Shown: piece by piece, positions 1-6,375 of the stretch
Layout: every line of letters starts with the position of its first letter
Position numbering within the stretch: position 1 is the first letter of the stretch
Source of the DNA: Pyrinomonadaceae bacterium
GTDB lineage: Bacteria > Acidobacteriota > Blastocatellia > Pyrinomonadales > Pyrinomonadaceae
NCBI GenBank assembly: GCA_046313635.1
Contig: JBKBYA010000004.1
Span: 233,591-243,906, forward strand
DNA length: 10,316 nucleotides
Direction of reading: 5' to 3'
Position numbers and translations under genes: made by a program
Notes under the pieces: generated by a model
The model's input: only the letters and a program-made list of their open reading frames with translations
Told to the model about the DNA's origin: nothing
Database searches by the model: none

Positions 1-142
1 AAAAAAAAGCGCCCCTTCTCCTCTTTGTTTGTTTTTGGTGCTTGTGAGGGAGAGTTTTCCCAAAAGTCCACAAAGGCCGCAAAGAACGGATAAGCAGCTG
101 GCGCGGCACGATGCGTCTCGGCTGTCGCGAGGGTTCCTTTTT

Positions 143-151
143 TGCTATTTT
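143..151 (+). promoter_or_regulatory. Putative extended -10 element (TGcTATTTT), 8 nt before the aminotransferase ATG
   Basis: TGn+TANNNT pattern at 143-151; no Shine-Dalgarno between it and ATG 160. Confidence 0.4.
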
Positions 152-159
152 TTACTCTT

Positions 160-1326
160 ATGCCCGAACCGCAGACCAAGAAAGTAAAGCCCGACATCCG
201 CGCCATCACGCGTCTCGTGCCGCCGAGCGGCAATCTCGTGCAGGGGCAGTCAGAGCTGCCGATCGACCCGCGGCTCGCACGCGAGGCCGCCGAGATCATC
301 GCCGCCAGTCAGAATCACTACGGCGGCAGCGAGGGCGACGCCAATTTGCGAAAAGCGGTCGCCGAAAAGATCGCCCGCTATAACGGCATTCAGACCGATC
401 CGGAGGCTCGCCCATTTGAGCTGATGATCACCAATGGCGGAACGGGCGCGCTGATCGGTCTGACGCAGAGCTATCTTCGCGGCAAGTCGGCATTGGTCTT
501 TGAGCCGTACTACCCCTACCACCGCCGGATCCTCGAGGAGTTTGGCGGCAAGACCGAGGCGTTCGAGCTCGACCCTGATCTCGGATTCGAAAAAGACGCG
601 CTGCTCGCTCGCTGCCGAGAGCTCGTCGACCGCGGCGATTATCCGCTCAAGGCGATCATCGTCTGCACGCCCGCGAATCCGAGCGGCAAGGTGATGACCC
701 AGACCGAGCTCGAGGCCGTCGCCGAGATCGCGCAGGAATTGGACCTGCTTGTTATCTCGGACGAGGTCTACGAGCATTACGTCTACGGCGAGCACCCGCA
801 CGTCTCCATCGCCTCGCTGCCCGGGATGTGGGACCGCACGATCACGGTCAACTCGTTCTCTAAATCCTGGAACATCTCCGGCTGGCGGCTCGGCTACGCA
901 TTCGGCAAGGGCGAGTTGATCGCCCCGATCAATAACGCCGCGAACGTCATCTACGTCTGCCCCGCGACGCCGCTGCAGGCCGCTCTCTCGCGCGTGCTGA
1001 TGGCCGACTCGGATTACTATTCGAGGCTCCGCGACAAATTCGACGCGAAACGCAGCGGATTTTCCGAAGGCCTCCGCGAGCTCGGTTTCGACATCTATGA
1101 TTCGGGCTCGTCCTTCTACATCTGGGCGAGGATCCCGGAGCAGTTCGACGACTCGATCAAATTCAACGAGATGCTGATGGAAAAAGCCGGCGTCGGAATG
1201 ACGCCCGGCAGCGCCTTTGCCGACAGCGACGCGTGGGACGCACACGTCCGCATCTGCATCGCGAGAGAAGACTCGATCCTCGAAGGCTCGATGGAAAAGC
1301 TCCGGAGCGTATTGGGTCGAGGCTGA
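160..1326 (+). CDS. PLP-dependent aminotransferase class I/II (aspartate/kynurenine/methionine aminotransferase-like)
   Basis: Motifs ITNGGTGAL, TPANPSG, SDEVY, SFSKSWNISGWRLG (Schiff-base Lys) and C-terminal HVRI. ATG at 160 preferred over TTG at 142 because 142-159 looks like promoter sequence (TGcTATTTT). Substrate cannot be assigned. Confidence 0.93.
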   Translation: MPEPQTKKVKPDIRAITRLVPPSGNLVQGQSELPIDPRLAREAAEIIAASQNHYGGSEGDANLRKAVAEKIARYNGIQTDPEARPFELMITNGGTGALIGLTQSYLRGKSALVFEPYYPYHRRILEEFGGKTEAFELDPDLGFEKDALLARCRELVDRGDYPLKAIIVCTPANPSGKVMTQTELEAVAEIAQELDLLVISDEVYEHYVYGEHPHVSIASLPGMWDRTITVNSFSKSWNISGWRLGYAFGKGELIAPINNAANVIYVCPATPLQAALSRVLMADSDYYSRLRDKFDAKRSGFSEGLRELGFDIYDSGSSFYIWARIPEQFDDSIKFNEMLMEKAGVGMTPGSAFADSDAWDAHVRICIAREDSILEGSMEKLRSVLGRG

Positions 1327-1341
1327 AAGCTCGGCTAAGAT
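1312..1341 (+). promoter_or_regulatory. Putative sigma70-type promoter of the toxin-antitoxin pair (TTGGGT-18 nt-TAAGAT)
   Basis: TTGGGT 1312-1317, TAAGAT 1336-1341, then 7 nt to ATG 1349; no SD. Confidence 0.45.
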
Positions 1342-1348
1342 TTGCCCT

Positions 1349-1576
1349 ATGGACCTGCAAGACCGAATAACGATCGATCCGAACCAGTGCGGCGGTCGGC
1401 GCTGCATCCGGGGAATGCGGATCCGGGTGAGCGACATTTTGGACCTGTTCGCGGCAGGCCTAACTGCGGAAGAGATCCTGGCCGAACTCCCTGATCTTGA
1501 AGCCGACGACATCAAGGCTGCGCTGCAATATGCCGCGCGAAACTTCGATCACCCGGTGCTTCCGGTCGCTGCATGA
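1349..1576 (+). CDS. DUF433 family protein (putative type II antitoxin, VapB45-like), 75 aa
   Basis: MDLQDRITIDPNQCGGRRCIRGMRIRVSDILDLFAAGLTAEEILAELPDLEADDIKAALQYAA matches the DUF433 pattern. It is the C-terminal part of track ORF 1217..1576. Its stop overlaps the next start (ATGA, 1573-1576). Confidence 0.93.
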   Translation: MDLQDRITIDPNQCGGRRCIRGMRIRVSDILDLFAAGLTAEEILAELPDLEADDIKAALQYAARNFDHPVLPVAA

Positions 1577-1913
1577 GGCTTTGGATCGACGCCCAGCTTT
1601 CGCCTCAGATCGCCGAGTGGACTCTCGTGAATTCGGTATCGAGGCGTTGGCGGTCCGCGATATTGGTCTCCGTGATGCCGATGACGTTCAAATCTTCCAG
1701 TCAGCAAGGTCGGCGGACGCCGTCGTGATGACCAAGGACAAAGATTTTTTGGTCCTGCTGAGACGCTTCGGGCCGCCGCCGAAGGTGATCTGGTTAACTT
1801 GCGGAAACACGTCGAACGAGAGGCTCAAAAAAATTCTCGGTCGTCGCTTACGCGACGCGATGCAGCTCATCGACTCGGGCGAGCCGCTCGTCGCGTTAAA
1901 TTCACCCAACTAA
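1573..1913 (+). pseudogene. DUF5615 family PIN-like toxin (VapC45-like), interrupted by a 1-nt frameshift near 1621
   Basis: The ATG 1573 frame gives MRLWIDAQLSPQIAEW, then unrelated sequence to TGA 1726-1728. The -1 frame continues SREFGIEALAVRDIGLRDADDVQIF...VVMTKDKDF...GPPPKVIWLTCGNTSN to TAA 1913. Adding one base (e.g. TGG A[T]C TCT CGT) restores a 113-aa protein. A sequencing error is not excluded. Confidence 0.82.
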
Positions 1914-1923
1914 GGAAACAAAC

Positions 1924-3996
1924 ATGAAACGCACCATCTCGCTCTTGCTGCTTATCCTCTGCCTAACATCGGCGTTCCCGACCTCGCTTATTGCCGACGA
2001 GGGAATGTGGACATTCGACAATCCGCCGCTGCGGCAGTGGAAGGAGCGATACAACTTTGAGCCGACAAAGGAGTGGCTCGATCGCGTGCGGCTCGCCTCG
2101 CCGAAAGTGAACAACGCCTCGGCCGGGTTCGTCTCGCCGAACGGCTTGATCGCGACCAATCATCACGTCGCGGCCGGCTACATCGAGCGTGTCTCGAGCA
2201 AGGAGCGCGACCTGCTGAAGACGGGCTTTTACGCCCGAACGCAGGCCGAGGAGCTGAAGATCCCCGACGCGAGCGCATCGGTGCTCTTCTCGTACGACGA
2301 CGTCACGACGCGCGTGCACAATGCCGCAAAGGCCGGGACAAGCGACGCCGACGCGGCTGCCAAACGCACGGCCGGGATCGCCGCGATCGAAAAGGACTGC
2401 CCGGCCGACCTCCGCTGCGAAGTGATCTCGTTCTACAGCGGCGGAGAGTACTGGCTGTACCGCTTCAAGCGTTACACCGACATTCGTCTCGTGATGGCGC
2501 CCGAGGAGCAGGCGGCGTTCTTCGGCGGCGATTACGACAACTTTACATTTCCGCGTCACGATCTCGACTTTACTTTTCTTCGGGCGTACGAGAACGGCCA
2601 GCCGGCAAAGACGCCAAACTACTTCAAATGGTCTGAGACCGGAGCGAAAGAGGGTGAGTTCATTCTCGTTTCAGGTTACCCGGGCTCGACCGCTCGACTG
2701 CTTACCGTCGCACAGCTTCGCTATCAGCGCGACGTCGGCAACCCGCTGCAGGAGCAGGTGTGGAAGTCGCGCCGGCGAGCGCTCGAGGAGTATTCGAAGC
2801 GCGGAGCCGAGCAGCTCCGGCAGGCAAATCCGGGAATGCGCTCATTCGCAAATTCGCTCAAGCGGCTCGCAGGCCAGCAGGAAGGCCTTCTCAATCCGCG
2901 CAACTTTGCCCGCAAGGAGGCCGAGGAAAAAGAGCTTCGCGACAAGGTCGCGGCCAGGCCCGAGCTGAACGCGCAGTACGCTCCGGCGTGGGCCGCGATC
3001 GAGAAGGCCTACGCCGCGCTGCCGCCGATGGCCAAGCGTCTCTCGTATTCGAATCTCGCCGCCTCGCGCCTGGCGACGATCGCGCAGCAGATCGTCACTT
3101 ATCACATCGAGACCGCCAAGCCCGGCGACCGCCGCTACCCAGAGTACCGCGACCAGCGGCTCGAAGCCTTTAAGAGCGCTCTCTACTCGCCCGCGCCGAT
3201 CTACGCCGAGATGGAAGAGGCGACGCTCGCGGCATGGCTCGCGGATGCGCGGAGCGTGCTCGGCGCCGACGATCCGTTTGTCAAGGCGGCGCTCGGCGGA
3301 GCCGAACCGGCCGAGGTCGCACGCCGCGCGGTTCGTGAGACGAAGCTTATCGATCCCGCCGCCCGCAAGGCGCTGATCGAGGGGCCGGCGGATGCGGTCC
3401 GTTCGTCGCCCGACCCGATGATCCAACTGGCGTTCCGCGTCGAGCCGATCATTCGAGAGCTTCGCGTGTGGAACGAGAACAACATTCTCAACGTCGAGAC
3501 CGCCAACGGCACGCGCATCGCGCAGGCCCGCTTTGCGATCTACGGCAAGACGATGCCGCCGGACGCCAATTCGCAGCTGCGGATCGAGTACGGCGCGGTC
3601 AAGGGTTACGAAGAAGATACGACGCTCGTGCCGTACAAGACGACATTCTACGGGCTCTACGACCGGGCATTCAGCTTTGGCGAGGCGCCGCCGTTCCAGC
3701 TGACGCAGAGCTTGCGTGACGCACGCACAAAGATCGACCTCTCGACGCCGCTCAACTTTGTGTACACGGCCGACACGATCGGCGGCAATTCGGGCTCGCC
3801 GGTCATCAATCGCAGCGGCGAGCTGGTCGGATTGAACTTTGACAGCAATCTTCAGAAGCTCTCAAATCGATACTGGTTCATCCCGGACGAAGAAGGCTCG
3901 CGTGCCGTCGGCGTACATTCGGCCGGCATTCTCGAGGCTCTGCGAAAGATCTACGACGCGAACGAACTAGCGGCGGAATTGGTAGGGAAGTCGTAG
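1924..3996 (+). CDS. S46 family dipeptidyl peptidase (DPP7/DPP11/DAP BII family), exported
   Basis: Signal peptide followed by DEGMW; TNHH (catalytic His), FPRHDLDF (Asp), GGNSGSP (Ser, codon 3790-3792), GLNFD. SD TAAGGA at 1911-1916. Confidence 0.95.
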   Translation: MKRTISLLLLILCLTSAFPTSLIADEGMWTFDNPPLRQWKERYNFEPTKEWLDRVRLASPKVNNASAGFVSPNGLIATNHHVAAGYIERVSSKERDLLKTGFYARTQAEELKIPDASASVLFSYDDVTTRVHNAAKAGTSDADAAAKRTAGIAAIEKDCPADLRCEVISFYSGGEYWLYRFKRYTDIRLVMAPEEQAAFFGGDYDNFTFPRHDLDFTFLRAYENGQPAKTPNYFKWSETGAKEGEFILVSGYPGSTARLLTVAQLRYQRDVGNPLQEQVWKSRRRALEEYSKRGAEQLRQANPGMRSFANSLKRLAGQQEGLLNPRNFARKEAEEKELRDKVAARPELNAQYAPAWAAIEKAYAALPPMAKRLSYSNLAASRLATIAQQIVTYHIETAKPGDRRYPEYRDQRLEAFKSALYSPAPIYAEMEEATLAAWLADARSVLGADDPFVKAALGGAEPAEVARRAVRETKLIDPAARKALIEGPADAVRSSPDPMIQLAFRVEPIIRELRVWNENNILNVETANGTRIAQARFAIYGKTMPPDANSQLRIEYGAVKGYEEDTTLVPYKTTFYGLYDRAFSFGEAPPFQLTQSLRDARTKIDLSTPLNFVYTADTIGGNSGSPVINRSGELVGLNFDSNLQKLSNRYWFIPDEEGSRAVGVHSAGILEALRKIYDANELAAELVGKS

Positions 3997-4176
3997 AGGG
4001 CCAGCGGCGCGGTGAGATCAGACGACGGCCTTGTTGATGAGACCGTGCTCGCCGTGCGCCAGGCGCTTGGCTGCATCGGTGGAGCCTTGTAGTTTGGCAC
4101 CTTATCCGGTACGGGTGGCGGCGAAACCGGCCGGATAAGCAGCAGCCGCGGCTAAAGGCCAAGGCCAAATTCACTT

Positions 4177-4191
4177 GGTCGCTAAGCGACC
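4177..4191. other. Perfect 15-bp palindrome GGTCGCT-A-AGCGACC (operator or hairpin)
   Basis: Directly visible; followed by TGTTTCGT; ends 20 nt upstream of a TATCAT -10-like hexamer (4212-4217). Confidence 0.5.
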
Positions 4192-4239
4192 TGTTTCGTG
4201 CCTGTCGTGTCTATCATAAGCACCTTCGACTTGTAAGTA

Positions 4240-5655
4240 ATGCACTACCACCTCATCGGAATTTGCGGCACCGCGATGGCTTCGCTTGCCGGGATGCTGC
4301 AGGCCCGCGGTCACAAGGTCACCGGTTCTGACCAGAACGTCTATCCGCCGATGTCGACGCAGCTCGAGTCGCTTGGGATCGAGATCTTGAGCGGCTACCG
4401 CGCCGAGAACGCGGATGTCGGCGCCGACTGCACGATCGTCGGCAACGCCATCTCGCGCGGCAATCCCGAGCTCGAGGAGATCCTCGACCGCAAGCTCGTC
4501 TACCGCTCGCAGGCCGAGGTGGTCAAAGAGGAGTTCATCCGCGGCCGCCGCTCGCTCGTCGTCGCCGGAACGCACGGCAAGACGACGACGACGAGCCTCG
4601 CCGCGTGGGTCTGCGAGGTCGGCGGGCTCGACCCGTCATTCCTTGTCGGCGGTATCGTGCAGAATTTCGGGGCGAGCTTTCGCGTGACCGAGACCGACTA
4701 TTTCGTGATCGAGGGCGACGAGTACGACACGGCGTACTTCGACAAGAAGCCGAAGTTCATGCACTACCTGCCAGAGACGGCGATCGTCAACAATATCGAG
4801 TTTGACCATGCCGACATTTACCGCGACCTGCAGGAGATCAAGTTCCAGTTCTCGCGCCTGATGAATCTTGTCCCCGGCAACGGCCGCCTGATCGTCGGCA
4901 TCGACTCGCCCGTCGCACGCGAGGTGCTCGACGAGATGCAGGGCAAGTTGTACACGACGGTCGAGACCTTTGGTCTCAGCGACGACGCGAAGTGGCAGGC
5001 TCGATATATCGACTTTACGGGCGACGTGACGCGCTTCACGGTCTTTAAGGACGGTCACAACTGGGGCGAATTTGAGACGCATATGATCGGCGAGTTCAAC
5101 GTTCGCAACTCGCTTGCCGTCATCATCGCGGCCGACGCGTGGGGCATCTCGAAGGAGAAAATTCAGGAGGCTTTCCACACTTTCAAATCGGTCAAGCGAA
5201 GGATGGAGGTCCGCGGCGTCGAACGCGGCGTGACGGTGATCGACGACTTCGCTCATCACCCGACCGCGGTCGAAGAGACGCTCAAGGCCCTGCGGATGAA
5301 GTACGACGGCCGGCGCCTGATCGCGGTCTTCGAGCCGCGTTCCTGGTCGTCGCGCCTCGCGGTCTTTCAGGAGCCGTACAGCAAGGCGTTCTCCTACTCG
5401 GACTACGTCATCATCGCCGGCGTCTACAACACCGCCAAGGCAAGCGAGCTCGGCCGTGTGCTCGACGTCGACGAGCTCGTGAAGGACATCGAGCTGCAGG
5501 GCAAGCCGGCGATGAGCTTTCCCGACGCCGACGCGATCGTCGAGCATCTCGTGCCCGAATTGAAGGCCGGCGACGTCGTCGCGATCATGTCCAACGGCGG
5601 CTTTGGCGGCATTCACGATAAGATCCTCGAGTCTCTCAGGGACGCAGATCTGTAG
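4240..5655 (+). CDS. mpl: UDP-N-acetylmuramate:L-alanyl-gamma-D-glutamyl-meso-diaminopimelate ligase (murein peptide ligase)
   Basis: GICGTAM start, GSDQNVYPPMS, AGTHGKTTT P-loop, EGDEYDTAYFDK, DDFAHHPT, FEPRS and MSNGGFGG are characteristic of Mpl rather than MurC. Confidence 0.92.
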   Translation: MHYHLIGICGTAMASLAGMLQARGHKVTGSDQNVYPPMSTQLESLGIEILSGYRAENADVGADCTIVGNAISRGNPELEEILDRKLVYRSQAEVVKEEFIRGRRSLVVAGTHGKTTTTSLAAWVCEVGGLDPSFLVGGIVQNFGASFRVTETDYFVIEGDEYDTAYFDKKPKFMHYLPETAIVNNIEFDHADIYRDLQEIKFQFSRLMNLVPGNGRLIVGIDSPVAREVLDEMQGKLYTTVETFGLSDDAKWQARYIDFTGDVTRFTVFKDGHNWGEFETHMIGEFNVRNSLAVIIAADAWGISKEKIQEAFHTFKSVKRRMEVRGVERGVTVIDDFAHHPTAVEETLKALRMKYDGRRLIAVFEPRSWSSRLAVFQEPYSKAFSYSDYVIIAGVYNTAKASELGRVLDVDELVKDIELQGKPAMSFPDADAIVEHLVPELKAGDVVAIMSNGGFGGIHDKILESLRDADL

Positions 5656-5678
5656 CTCTCCGGCCCCGAACAAATCGC

Positions 5679-5707
5679 TTGCATTCGATAGTCGGAAAAG
5701 TCATACT
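5679..5707 (+). promoter_or_regulatory. Sigma70-type promoter of the RRM gene (TTGCAT-17 nt-CATACT)
   Basis: TTGCAT 5679-5684, 17-nt spacer, CATACT 5702-5707. Implies a TSS near 5714 and a 5' UTR of about 205-210 nt. Confidence 0.6.
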
Positions 5708-5921
5708 TATGCCGTTTTTGCTCTCAATTTGTGCCTAAGTAGGCGCTCCCGTCCGGTCAGTTCAGCGACGCTTTTTCGGTTCGGTCCTGAGAGTTGGGTC
5801 AGTACGGTTTGAAGAAGATGTTTTTTGAGACGGGTGCGTCGCCGAATTGTCCGGGAGCCAGGCTACCGGCTGCCCTCAATTTGCTCGCCTTTTCTTCTCT
5901 CGCTAAACAAGAAAAAGAAAA

Positions 5922-6263
5922 ATGAGCACCAAACTTTACGTGGGGAACTTGTCGTATCGAGTGACGAGTGAGGACCTTCAGGAATACTTTGCCGGGGCGG
6001 GACCGGTCAACTCCGCAAACGTCGTCCTTGACCGCGAGACGGGACGTTCACGCGGCTTCGGCTTTGTCGAAATGGGCAGCGAGGACGCGGCAAATGCGGC
6101 TATCGCGCAGTTCAACGGTCAGGAGTTCGACGGACGCAATATGGTCGTTAATGAAGCGCGGCCCCGCGAGGACCGGGGATCCGGGGGCGGCGGCGGCAGT
6201 CGCGGCGGAGGCGGCCGCGGCGGCTACGGCGGCTACGGCGGCCGCGGCGGCGACCGCTGGTGA
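5922..6263 (+). CDS. RRM (RNP-1) RNA-binding protein with Gly/Arg-rich tail
   Basis: RNP2 LYVGNL, RNP1 RGFGFVEM, VNEARP, then an RGG/YGG low-complexity tail. Confidence 0.96.
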   Translation: MSTKLYVGNLSYRVTSEDLQEYFAGAGPVNSANVVLDRETGRSRGFGFVEMGSEDAANAAIAQFNGQEFDGRNMVVNEARPREDRGSGGGGGSRGGGGRGGYGGYGGRGGDRW

Positions 6264-6271
6264 TCGCGAAG

Positions 6272-6374
6272 AGTTAAAAGGTTAAAGAGGCTAAGGGTGA
6301 AAAGGTCACGCGTTCACGGCGCCGGCCCGCTCACCCTTCCGTTTTTTACCTTTCGACTTTTTCACACTTCCACA
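6272..6374. repeat. Degenerate 8-nt tandem repeats in two inverted arms; probable bidirectional terminator or stabilising hairpin
   Basis: Plus arm AGTTAAAA/GGTTAAAG/AGGCTAAG/GGTGAAAA/GGTCACGC (6272-6311). Minus arm TGTGGAAG/TGTGAAAA/AGTCGAAA/GGTAAAAA/ACGGAAG/GGTGAGCG (6374-6328). Lies between convergent stop codons. Confidence 0.6.
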
Positions 6375-6375
6375 T

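Noticed and set aside
1..20. Poly-A run plus GCGCCCC as a minus-strand terminator
   Set aside because: The complementary stem arm is not visible and the sequence is at the window edge.
250..1515. 421-aa minus-strand ORF
   Set aside because: Antisense shadow of the aminotransferase and DUF433 genes; no recognisable motifs; expected in GC-rich DNA.
1610..1635. Programmed -1 ribosomal frameshift producing the toxin
   Set aside because: No slippery heptamer or obvious stimulatory structure; a single-base deletion explains it more simply.
4125..4150. Possible SRP (4.5S) RNA because of AAGCAGC
   Set aside because: The CAGG...GNRA...AGCAG domain IV arrangement is absent.
4100..4175. Superficial resemblance to a SAM-I riboswitch (CTTATCC...GGTGG...GGCC...CAGCAGCC...AATTC)
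   Set aside because: Lacks AGAG after ATC, the GAGGGA kink-turn/pseudoknot segment and GCAACC; the GATAAG partner comes too early for P1; mpl is not a known SAM regulon gene. An Rfam scan would settle it.
4636..5673. 345-aa minus-strand ORF
   Set aside because: Antisense shadow of mpl.
5603..5812. 69-aa ORF spanning the mpl end and the RRM leader
   Set aside because: Starts inside mpl, crosses the predicted promoter, and has no RBS or recognisable features.
6183..6252. GGC-rich tandem repeats (GGCGGCTAC x2, GGCCGCGGCGGC x2)
   Set aside because: They encode the Gly/Arg/Tyr tail typical of bacterial RRM proteins; not CRISPR or a mobile repeat.
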